Shown here piece after piece: positions 50,421 to 60,100 of a stretch of DNA of 64,000 nucleotides. Origin of the DNA: an uncultured bacterium (GTDB taxonomy: Bacteria; SAR324; NAC60-12); NCBI GenBank assembly GCA_965662235.1, contig CBFIGY010000011.1, positions 30,110 to 94,109 on the forward strand, in the 5' to 3' direction. Position 1 is the stretch's first letter, and every line of letters begins with the position of its first letter. The notes beneath the pieces are model-generated. The model searched no databases. It was given only the letters and a program-made list of their open reading frames with translations, and was not told the origin of the DNA. The translations under genes and the position numbers were made by a program.

Positions 50421-53201
50421 TTGAGTCTCGACTGCTTGGTGCCCACGTCCACACTCTACAACAGTTTTAAAGTCGGATGCCTCCTGCTCCTGATCCTGGT
50501 GATGGGACGGGCAGGAGAGCCGCTGGCGCTGACGACTCCGGAGCCACGCCCGGTGGTGCTGGCTCCCGGATTTGAGCAGGTGAACCTAGGACCTCACTTG
50601 GAGTACCTAGAGGACCCATCGGGCGCCCTGCGTGTGGAGGACCTGCTGCCGGCAAATGCCTCGCCTCCCTTTCAGGTCAACGAAGCGGCCGTGTTCAATG
50701 CCGGTTTGGTGCGGTCGCCGTACTGGTTCCGCTTTCGGGTGAAGAACCCGGGTCCTGTCTCTCAACGACTGGTGCTGTTCCTAGATCATGAGTTTCTGGA
50801 GTGGGACCTTTTTGAGCAGTCTCAGCAGCGTCCACCCCACCTGCTGAAATCAAAGCGCTTCCTAGAGTTGCTGCAGCAGGGCGCCACGCGCGAGGCGATC
50901 CTGGGAACCTCGATCGTGGTTCCGGCTGAGTCGGAAGTGACCTACCTGATGCGCCTCAATACCCAGTTTGAGATGAAGGCCCTGCTCTCCTTGTGGACCC
51001 CGGAGGCGCGGCAGCAGCAGAACCTGCGTGAGTCTCACTTCTATGGCTGGACCTGGGGCGGGGTCTTCATCTTTGCGATCTTTTTTGGGATCAGTTACGT
51101 TTCCCTCCGGGATCGCATTTACCTCTACTACGCCTTCTTCCTCGTCGCCTTCCTGTACTTCCGGATTCTGGAGCGGATCTGGGTGGACCTGTTTCTGATC
51201 CGGGGACAGGGGATTTACGAACTCGCGGTGTTTTTGGTGTTTGCCACCATCATGCTGGGATTGCGCTTTGCGCAGAAGCTGTTGCACCTGAAGGAAGCCT
51301 TTCCGCGGTTGAATCAGCTCAACAATTCCGTGGTGTTCGTCATCCTGCTGCTGCTGTTGCTCCTAGGCGACCTGTTTCTCCGCTACACCCTGGTCGCCTT
51401 GGTGACCGTGCTGGCGGTGCCCTGGGCCTGGACCTTTGGCTTCCTCTCGTGGCGCAAGGGAAATGAGCTGGCCAAGTACTTCTTGGCCGGACTGGGAGTG
51501 CTGCTGCTCGCGTCCATGACCCTGCCACTGACGGCGTTGGGCGTGTTGGAAACCCAGACGTTTTACCGGCCTAGCATTGAGTTGGCGGCCTTGCTCGACT
51601 GCATCATCTTCTCAGTGGCGCTGGCGGCTCGGTTCCGGAGGGCCTTTCTGGAACGTGATCAGGCACAGCGGGAAGCGATCCGCAACCTTGAGGAAAACGA
51701 GCGCCTGCGCAGTCGGTTCCTGGCCAATGTGTCGCACGAACTGCGCACCCCGCTACACGGCATCATTGGGCTCTCAGAAACGGTCATGAAGGAGGCCCAA
51801 CGGTACGGCTCGGAACGGGCCAAGAAGCACCTCAAGCTCATCATCCGCAACGGGCAGCGCCTCAACGGGCTGGTGGATAACCTGCTGGAGGTGTCTCTGG
51901 GACGACAGAGCAGCCTGACAATTCTTCCGGAGCCAGTTGCCTTGAGGCCTCTGGTGCAAGAAGTGATGGGGCTCCTGGAGTCACAAAGCGGAGGGAACAC
52001 GGTTGCGCTGCACAACGAGGTGGAAGCGGACCTGCCAGCGGTTCAGGCCGACCGGTCTCGGCTGGAGCAGGTGCTGCTCAATCTCCTCAACAACGCGCGC
52101 GTGCACACGCATCAAGGGACCGTTCGGGTGCAGGCTCATGCCGAGGAACAAGCGGTGCGGATCGACGTGCTGGACGAAGGGGCCGGGGTGCCGGCTGAAG
52201 ACCGAGAGCGCATCTTTGAGGCCTTTGAGCAGGGGACCGCGTTCACGCCCGGTTGCGAAACGGGGCTGGGGCTGGGGCTGAGCATCAGCCGAGAGATCGT
52301 TGAGGCTCATGGCGGACGAATCGGGGTGGAGGAGAATCCGCGAGGTGGAAGCCGCTTTTGGTTCACGCTTCCAAGGTCCGAAGAGCCCGCGTGGGACCCG
52401 GAGTTGACAGCCGAGTCTGCTTCTGTAAGTCAGGAGCAAGAGGTTCCTCAGCCCATGTCCCTCAATCCGGAGTCGTCGCTGGGGTCGGTGCTGGTGGTGG
52501 ATGATGAGATCACAAACCTCTTCATCCTCATGAGTCACTTTGAGCAAGCCGGACTGAATGCTCACTTCTGCAGCAGTGGGCAGGAAGCCCTGTCCCTGTG
52601 GCAGCAGCATTCGTTTGACCTCATCCTGTTAGACGTCCGGATGCCGAACATGGACGGTTATGAGGTCTGTGAAGTGATTCGCAAGCAGGCCTCCAAAGAA
52701 GAGCTGCCCATTCTCTTTTTAAGCGCCCTGACCCGTGGGGAAGACATCACCCAAGGCATTCAGGCAGGAGCAAATGATTACCTGTTCAAGCCGATTGTGC
52801 AGGCGGAGCTGCTGGCCCGCGTGTTTGCTTACCTGGAACTGAAGAAGCTCCGGCAACAGGAGCATGCACCAGACAGCACCGATTCGCTGTATGCCAGAAA
52901 GGAACTGCTGGCGCGCACGCTGCAAGTCTGCCTCGAGGTTTGGGAGAGGGAATCCTCCGGAGGAATGATCGAGCTGGCTGAAGCCTCCGGCCTGTGGGGC
53001 GTTTACTACGACAAGACCAATGCCTCTTGGCGAGCCCCTCACCTGCGGCAGTACCTCTCTCCCAGCTCCATTCCGTCCAAGCCACGCTGGCGCAAGGTTG
53101 CACAGACGCTGGAATTCCTCATGAGGCGCCTGGATCCGGAGCACCCGGAGCAGTCTCGTCTCCTAGACCTGCATCACCAGATCCTCATTCACTTTTCCTG
53201 A
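50421..53201 (+). CDS. 7TM-DISM hybrid histidine kinase (7TMR-DISMED2, 7TM, HisKA, HATPase, REC) with a C-terminal ChiS-like DNA-binding domain; start uncertain
   Basis: YLEDPSG/YWFRF, SHELRTPL, GLGLGL, VVDD...LLDVRMP...KP; C-terminal SGLWGVYYD...YL...PRWRKV. Confidence 0.88.
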   Translation: MSLDCLVPTSTLYNSFKVGCLLLLILVMGRAGEPLALTTPEPRPVVLAPGFEQVNLGPHLEYLEDPSGALRVEDLLPANASPPFQVNEAAVFNAGLVRSPYWFRFRVKNPGPVSQRLVLFLDHEFLEWDLFEQSQQRPPHLLKSKRFLELLQQGATREAILGTSIVVPAESEVTYLMRLNTQFEMKALLSLWTPEARQQQNLRESHFYGWTWGGVFIFAIFFGISYVSLRDRIYLYYAFFLVAFLYFRILERIWVDLFLIRGQGIYELAVFLVFATIMLGLRFAQKLLHLKEAFPRLNQLNNSVVFVILLLLLLLGDLFLRYTLVALVTVLAVPWAWTFGFLSWRKGNELAKYFLAGLGVLLLASMTLPLTALGVLETQTFYRPSIELAALLDCIIFSVALAARFRRAFLERDQAQREAIRNLEENERLRSRFLANVSHELRTPLHGIIGLSETVMKEAQRYGSERAKKHLKLIIRNGQRLNGLVDNLLEVSLGRQSSLTILPEPVALRPLVQEVMGLLESQSGGNTVALHNEVEADLPAVQADRSRLEQVLLNLLNNARVHTHQGTVRVQAHAEEQAVRIDVLDEGAGVPAEDRERIFEAFEQGTAFTPGCETGLGLGLSISREIVEAHGGRIGVEENPRGGSRFWFTLPRSEEPAWDPELTAESASVSQEQEVPQPMSLNPESSLGSVLVVDDEITNLFILMSHFEQAGLNAHFCSSGQEALSLWQQHSFDLILLDVRMPNMDGYEVCEVIRKQASKEELPILFLSALTRGEDITQGIQAGANDYLFKPIVQAELLARVFAYLELKKLRQQEHAPDSTDSLYARKELLARTLQVCLEVWERESSGGMIELAEASGLWGVYYDKTNASWRAPHLRQYLSPSSIPSKPRWRKVAQTLEFLMRRLDPEHPEQSRLLDLHHQILIHFS

Positions 53202-53602
53202 GCGTCTTCCACCCTGGGCATTTCTGCTGCTTGCCCAGAGCAGGCGGAGGCACTTCTTCAGGCGATTTTTCCGACCTTTCCTCTTCTTTTTCTCCGACCC
53301 CAGACCCTTCCTGTCAAAAAGGTCCCTAGAAAATTCAACGGTCTCCCGTCAGGTGCGTTCCGGAGGCTCTCTGTGTGGATTTATTTCAGATAAATATAAT
53401 TTTAATGAAAATATAAAGCGGGTGTTGAAAGTCCGGATTCCTAGTCTCTTCCCTGCGGAGTTTTGGTAGAAGATCTTTTTCTGATGAGACCCTGAGCTTC
53501 GCTCAGGAAAGCAACCCTGCGATGGGATTCAGTGGTTTGTGGCCTTCCTCCAGCGGTTTTTTCGGGAGCCGAGAGAAGCCTGTCTCAAGGAAGAGACTGC
53601 TA

Positions 53603-53710
53603 AATAATAAATAATATCAACTAGGTAAGCTTTAAACGCTCTAATCGTGCTTTTGGTTTTTTTAATAATAATATCAATATTTTAAATGTTGATTCGCGCT
53701 AACCGTGCTT
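53603..53710. repeat. Imperfect tandem duplication (period about 58-60 bp) in an AT-rich intergenic region
   Basis: ATAATATCAA...TTTAAA...CTAA(T/C)CGTGCTT occurs twice. Confidence 0.6.
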
Positions 53711-53786
53711 AATTCTTCCTTGCCGGTTGAAGAAGGGGCTCTATACAATTGCGGCCTGTGCTCTCGCCCTCAGGAAGTCGTGTTTA

Positions 53787-53975
53787 ATGATTATTGAATA
53801 TAGTCAATCAAAAGCTGAAAACGGTCACAATTTTGTCCTAAAAGGGGAAATGACGGAAAGTGAAGTGGAGGCTTTCATAACGTACTTGAGCCAGCTGCTT
53901 CACCCCCGGGAAGGACTCAAGGTTCAGGTGTCGTTGGACTGCTCTGAGTTGGTGGGAGGTGATTCCTGTGAGTGA
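53787..53975 (+). pseudogene. Truncated STAS (anti-anti-sigma-like) ORF, 62 aa
   Basis: FVLKGEM...VSLDCSELVGGDS then stop; resembles only the first half of a STAS domain. Confidence 0.4.
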
Positions 53976-54011
53976 CACGATCGTGACTGGTCCCTTTAGA
54001 GGTGCAACACA

Positions 54012-57000
54012 TTGAAAAACGATCCGACCCCTGCATTTTTGTCGATGTTGCCCACCCAAGTTCTTTGGGGGCGTCTGCTGCTGTTCCTGTTCCTGTTGCT
54101 CGGGATCGCTTCCTGCGAGCAAGGCGGTAAGAAAGAAGTGGAGCCGGACCTGATTCCTCCGGAGGCGCTGTCGCTTTCCTTCACCGATACCGGTGTCTCT
54201 GCGACGGATAACGTAACCCAGGATGGCACGATCACGATCGCCAACCTGGAAGCCTCGGCCTCGTGGCAGTACAGCGAAGACAACGGCACAACTTGGAACG
54301 CAAGGGACAACACCACGACTTCGTTTGTCCTTGCGGAAGGGGTTTACTCCGCAGGAGAGGTTCAGGTTTATCAGACCGATGAGGCGGGGAACGACTCTCC
54401 GGTCAGTCGACTGGAGGCACTGGTAGTGGATCAGAGCGTGGACGTACCGCAGCTGGCACTGGTTCAGGATACGGGTAATTCATCCAGTGACAACCTGACC
54501 CAAAACGGGGTGATGGCGGTCTCGGGGCTCGAGGCTGGAGCCAGCTGGGAGTACTCGGTGGACAGCGGTTGGAACTGGACGCCTGGCGTGGGAACGTCGG
54601 TGGAACTTCCTCCGCGGGTTTACCTCGAGGGCACCTTCCAGGTCCGTCAGACCGACCTAGCGGGCAATCAATCGGAGCCGGCCACCTTGGGACGGTTTGA
54701 GGTGGACACCACGTCACTGCTGCTGACGTTTCAGCTGCTGGAGGATACCGGAAGCGCAAGTGACGACTTTGTGACCCAAAACGGGATCATCCTGGTCCAG
54801 AACCTAGAGGTTGGCGCGCGCTGGGAGTACTCGCAGGACAACGGGAGCACTTGGGACAATGGCACAGTAGATAACTTTACTCTACCGGAAGGAAGTTATG
54901 CCGCCGGAGAGGTGCAGGTGCGTCAGGTGGATCCGGCAGGAAACCCATCAACGCCTGATGCAAACGAAGGCACCTGGGTCATTGACCAAACGCCTCCTGC
55001 TGCGCCAGCGGTCGCTTTGAAAGTGGATTCCGGAAGCTCCAGTGTCGATGGCCTGACCCGAAGTGCCACGCTGGTGGTGTCTGGGCTGGAAGACCAGGCG
55101 ACCTGGGAAGCGTCTGAGGACAATGGCAGCACCTGGAAAGCGGGCGTGGGGACAGAGTGGACACCGACCTCTGGAACCAACTGGCCGGTGGGCACCTTGC
55201 AGGTCCGGCAGACCGACCGGGCCGGCAATCGTTCATCGGCAGGAAGCAGCGCTCAGGCTTACTTCCTGGACGATGAAAGCCCCACGGTGACACAGGTGCA
55301 GACCTCCGACAACGTGACCCTCGACAACCTGACCGCAGAAATCATTCCGGGATTTGCGATCACCTTCAGTGAAGAACTGAACCCCAGCACCGTCACGGTC
55401 AACAGCGATACCTCCTGCTCCCAAAGCATTCAGGTGTCTGCAGACGGATTCAGTACCTGCTTGCCTCTGACACAGGACAATACGACTGACAACCAGACCT
55501 TCCCCTTCTCCTTTGGCGCTTCCCTTGTTCCCAACACGGTCTACACCCTCCGGGTGACGCAAAACGCTCAGGACCAGGCGGGGAACGCGGCAACGGTTTA
55601 TCAGCAAGAGAACGGCTTTGGACGCCCGCTCGCAGTGCTCTACAGCTACATCAAGGCGGACAACGCCGGAGTGGAGGATCAGTTTGGGCAGGCTCTCGCC
55701 ATGAACACCACACACCTGGCGGTGGGAACTCCACTTGAGGACAGCGAAGCGGTCGGGCCGGCGACAACGACCAGTTCTCTCGACAATGCGACGGATGCCG
55801 GAGCGGTCTATGTGTACACCAACAACACCGTCACAGAAGCGTTTCAGCTCGATCGCTACGTGAAAGCGGACAACACCGGTGCGGGAGACCTGTTTGGCAG
55901 CGCCGTGGCGCTCAGTGAGCCCCCCTCCCTCCGGAGCGTGGTGCTGGTGGTGGGCGCTCCCGGAGAGGCCAGCAATCAGACCACAATTGGCACCAATGGC
56001 TCCACCGATGACACCAGCAGCGGCTCCGGAGCGGTGTACGTCTACACGGGCTCCAGCTTCAAGCTGGATGCCTACCTCAAGGCCGACAACGCGGACGCCG
56101 ACGATGCCTTTGGCTCTGCTGTCGCCGTAGAAGACAACGGCTCCACCGTGACCGTTGCCGTGGGTGCTCCGCTGGAGGACAGCGGGCAAATCACCATCAG
56201 CGGCTCTGGCGCTTCCGACAGTGGCGCAGTTGACTCCGGTGCCGTTTATGTCTTTCAGGACAATGGCTCCGGCTGGACCTCCTACGCTTACGTGAAGGCC
56301 AACAACGCGGGAGCTTCCGATCACTTTGGCGCTTCTGTGGCGTACGAAAACGGCATCCTCGCCGTGGGTGCTCCTTTGGAAGACGGCCCTAGCCCTGACG
56401 CCGCTACGGTGGATGGAAGCACGCTGGACTCGGTGACCAACTCAGGGGCGGTGTATGTGTTCAAGGACAACGGCACCACCTTTGTGCCCTACGGATACCT
56501 CAAGGCCACCAGTCCAGATTCGTATGACGAGTTTGGGACGGTTGTGTCACTCGATAACGGAACCCTCTACGTCGGTACCGGAAACGAGGACAGCAGCCTC
56601 GGTGGGGTCTTCTCAGGGGACCTGACTGACGACACCAAGGATAACTCAGGGGCCGTGTACGTTTTCCAGGACAACGGCTCTCATTATGCCCTGAGCGCCT
56701 TCCTCAAAGCGTCTCACCCAGGCGTCAATGACGCTTTTGGCGATGCCTTGGCTGTGGACAACGGGACCGTCTGGGTCGGAAGTGCCGGAGAGGACAGCGC
56801 GTTGAACACCGTTGCTGTCACCGGCTCAACAGATGACAGCCTGACAGATGCGGGTGCAGCCTTCTTCTTCAAACCATCGGATTCCGGCAGCTGGAATCCG
56901 GTCGGGTTCTTCAAAGCCGATCAGGCGGGAGCTGATGATGCCTTGGGACACGCGGTTGCGCTCTCGGGGAACTTCCTCGTAGTCGCTGCGCCTCAGGAGG

Positions 57001-57092
57001 ATTCGGGACAGCAGGGCGTTACCTCCACCGGTTCGACCCTAGACAATGTGTCCAACTCCGGCGCCATCTACGTCTTCAAATTTCTGGAGTAA
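54012..57092 (+). CDS. Surface lipoprotein: four Ig-like repeats, a Big_5-like domain and a seven-repeat FG-GAP propeller
   Basis: Lipobox IASC; repeat DTG.S..D..T...WEYS.D.G.TW...QVRQ.D.AGN; seven (Y/F)xKA...FG.AVA...GAP.ED...GAVYVF repeats; TTG start with GAGGTG (alternative ATG at 54045). Confidence 0.88.
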   Translation: MKNDPTPAFLSMLPTQVLWGRLLLFLFLLLGIASCEQGGKKEVEPDLIPPEALSLSFTDTGVSATDNVTQDGTITIANLEASASWQYSEDNGTTWNARDNTTTSFVLAEGVYSAGEVQVYQTDEAGNDSPVSRLEALVVDQSVDVPQLALVQDTGNSSSDNLTQNGVMAVSGLEAGASWEYSVDSGWNWTPGVGTSVELPPRVYLEGTFQVRQTDLAGNQSEPATLGRFEVDTTSLLLTFQLLEDTGSASDDFVTQNGIILVQNLEVGARWEYSQDNGSTWDNGTVDNFTLPEGSYAAGEVQVRQVDPAGNPSTPDANEGTWVIDQTPPAAPAVALKVDSGSSSVDGLTRSATLVVSGLEDQATWEASEDNGSTWKAGVGTEWTPTSGTNWPVGTLQVRQTDRAGNRSSAGSSAQAYFLDDESPTVTQVQTSDNVTLDNLTAEIIPGFAITFSEELNPSTVTVNSDTSCSQSIQVSADGFSTCLPLTQDNTTDNQTFPFSFGASLVPNTVYTLRVTQNAQDQAGNAATVYQQENGFGRPLAVLYSYIKADNAGVEDQFGQALAMNTTHLAVGTPLEDSEAVGPATTTSSLDNATDAGAVYVYTNNTVTEAFQLDRYVKADNTGAGDLFGSAVALSEPPSLRSVVLVVGAPGEASNQTTIGTNGSTDDTSSGSGAVYVYTGSSFKLDAYLKADNADADDAFGSAVAVEDNGSTVTVAVGAPLEDSGQITISGSGASDSGAVDSGAVYVFQDNGSGWTSYAYVKANNAGASDHFGASVAYENGILAVGAPLEDGPSPDAATVDGSTLDSVTNSGAVYVFKDNGTTFVPYGYLKATSPDSYDEFGTVVSLDNGTLYVGTGNEDSSLGGVFSGDLTDDTKDNSGAVYVFQDNGSHYALSAFLKASHPGVNDAFGDALAVDNGTVWVGSAGEDSALNTVAVTGSTDDSLTDAGAAFFFKPSDSGSWNPVGFFKADQAGADDALGHAVALSGNFLVVAAPQEDSGQQGVTSTGSTLDNVSNSGAIYVFKFLE

Positions 57093-57100
57093 GCAAGCTC

Positions 57101-60100
57101 ATGAGTCCAGCATTCCGGAACGGCCCCCTGCAGTCCTGGGGGATGATCAAACAGCTGATTCCTCTTGGGGTGGCTCTCCTCCTGGGAGCGTGTGGCGCCT
57201 CCGATGCTTCCGATCCGGAGCTGGTGCTGGATCCGGAGCTGAAGGCTCCTCAGGTGGCCCTGCAGTCTGACACGGGTGCGTCGGCCAGCGATAACATCAC
57301 CCGAGAAGGCGTGTTGCAGGTGAGTGGTCTCAACACAGAGGCCCGCTGGGAGTACACCGTGGACAACGGGTCCCTGTGGATTTCAGGCGCAGAGACCTCC
57401 TTTTCAGTGGCCGCCGGAAGCTACCCTTCGGGCGCCATCCAGGTCCGGCAGCGGCAAGAGAATCGTGTTTCGCCAGTGCAGCTCATGAGTGCGCTTGAGG
57501 TTGATGAACAGGCCGCAGCGCCGGCGCTTTCGCTGGACAACGATACAGGCCCTTCTGCAACCGACCAGATCAGCCAAGATGGAACGGTAGAAGTGCAAGG
57601 ATTGGAAACCGGAGCCTCTTGGGAGTACTCGTTGGATGAAGGAACAACCTGGGCCACCGGCGCCGCAAATCAGTTTGCCCTCGAGGAAGGCTCCTACCTG
57701 TGGGGGAAGATCCGGGTCCGGCAGATTGATCTGGCCGGCAACACCTCTCCAGCCACCCTCATGGGACGGGTCGTGATCCTCCAGCGTGCTCCCATTGCTC
57801 CTGTGCTGAAGCTTCTGGTCGATGATGGAAAAAGCGCCGAGGACGGGGAAACCAGCGATGGGACCATTCAGGTTCAGAAGATTGAGCTGGGCAACACGTG
57901 GGAGTACAGCAAGGACAACGGCTCCACCTGGACTGCCGGGACGGGAGACACCTTCTTACTGCCCAACGGAGACTACCCTCAGGGCTTGGTTCAGGCACGG
58001 CAAAATGACCTTGCCGGCAACCGTTCGGCTCCTGGAACGCTCAGGGCCGTGAAGGTGGATACCGCCCAAACCCCGGTGCTGAGTCTGGTCGTGGACAACG
58101 GAAGCTCGGCAACGGACCAGGTCAGTAACCTAGGCGCGGTCCTAGTGGGAAGCCTGGAACCGGGCGCCACCTGGGAGTATTCCCTAGACTCCGGTGCCAC
58201 CTGGACTTCCGGAAGTGGAACGACCTTCACACTAAGCGAAGGGACGTATGCTGCAGAGGTCATTCAGGCCCGTCAAACCGACAGCGCCGGGCGGACTTCC
58301 GCTCCAGGAAAGATGACGGAGGTGGTAATTGACCAGACCCTCCCAGACGCCCCTCAGCTCAGCCTGCTGGAAGATGACGGCGACAGCTCCTCTGACAACA
58401 TCACCAGCAACGGCACCATCCTGGTCGCAGGACTGGAATCCACTGCGGCCTGGCAGTACTCCTCTGACAACGGAAGCACCTGGGACAACGCAACGCAGGC
58501 GAGTCAATTCACGCTGGGCGTAGGCACCTATGCGGCTGGAGAGGTCCAGGTCCGGCAGATCGACCTTGCCGGCAACCCCTCTTCTGCCGGGACCCTAGGC
58601 GCTGTCACCATCGGCCTGTTGGCACCCACCCTGAGCCTGCGTACCGACACCGGCACCAGCTCCAGCGATTCCATCACCAACGACGGGACCCTAGAGGTCG
58701 GGCAACTTTACTCCGGAGCCTCTTGGCAGTACACGGTGGACAATGGCAGCAACTGGAGTTCACTACGCTCCGACACCTCCAACAGCTTCGTTTTGGCCGC
58801 AGGGACTTACCCGGCTGGAACCATCTTGGTCAAGCAACGGGATCTTCTCCAGCGTGAGTCACCCACCGGAACCTTCGTGAATGAAATCGTTGTAGACGAA
58901 GAAGCCCTTCCCCCAACGCTCTCGGTGGATAATGACACCGATAACACGAGCGACACAACGATCAGCAGCCGCGCCAACGTCCTGCGGGTCAATGGCCTAG
59001 AGCCCTTTGCTACGTGGCAGTACAGCCTGGATGGTGGCGGATTCTGGACAAGTGGGGTGACGGATTTGGACAACAACTCCACCTTCATTGTCTCGCCAGA
59101 GGGCACTTATTCCTCAGGAAACATTCAGGTCAAGCAGACGGATCTAGCGGGAAACACCTCGGATTACGGAACCCTAGCGGTGACCGTTTACACCTACCCC
59201 AGTCCTCCGGAGCTGGCCCTAGATCCGGATGCGGGGGCCTCCGACGCAGACCACCTGACGACGTGGGACAATGGAAGTGCGTCGGTCACCGTGACCTATG
59301 ACTCAGGAAATACCTGGCAGTACAGCCTAGACAATGGGACAAGCTGGGACAATGGCACCGGGAGCTCCTTCAGCCTCGACAGTGGGGAAACGTATGACAA
59401 CAGCACCGGCCGCAAGGTGTGGGACGCCGGACGGATTCAGGCTCGTCAGATTGACGGTTACGGCAACCTCTCGGACATCGCCAGCATGGAGCAGGTGCAG
59501 GTCGATAACGTTTCTCCCAGTGTGTCCACCACGCAGCCTCTGGACAACAGCAGTGTCATCTGGGGGGCGCCCATCTCCGTGGCCTTCAGCGAGGAAATGG
59601 ACCCTGGAAGCATGACCACGAGCGACAACGCAACGTGCTCCGGCTCACTGCAACTGAGTGCCGACAACTTCAGCACCTGTGTTCCGCTATCCAGCACGGT
59701 GACGTCCACGGACAACCGCACCTTTGAACTCTCCGTGGCAGAACTGTTGACGCCCGGAAGAACCTACGTGCTTCAGGTCACGGGTGGTGCCAATGGCGTG
59801 AAGGACTTCTCCGGGAACCCGCTGGACAACGCCTCCGGGTGGCAGCAGACGTCAGGAATGGTGGCCGTCGGACTGAAACGCTCGGCCTACCTAAAGGCTC
59901 CCTCGCCCGCCGAACGGGATCGTTTTGGATGGGCCGTCGCCATTGAAAACCAGACCCTGTATGTCGCTGCTCCGTATTATGACGATTCGGTTGACACAGA
60001 TGTAGGGGCGGTTTTTGTCTTTGACAACAGCAGTGGCCTTTCTGCCGGAGCAACCCTGCAGAGATCAACAGCCGACGGGCTCTACGGCTACGCCCTCAGT

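Noticed and set aside
53481..53530. Hammerhead-like CTGATGA...hairpin...GAAA
   Set aside because: The stem II closing G-C pair is missing (4-nt offset) and no stem III/NUH pairing was found
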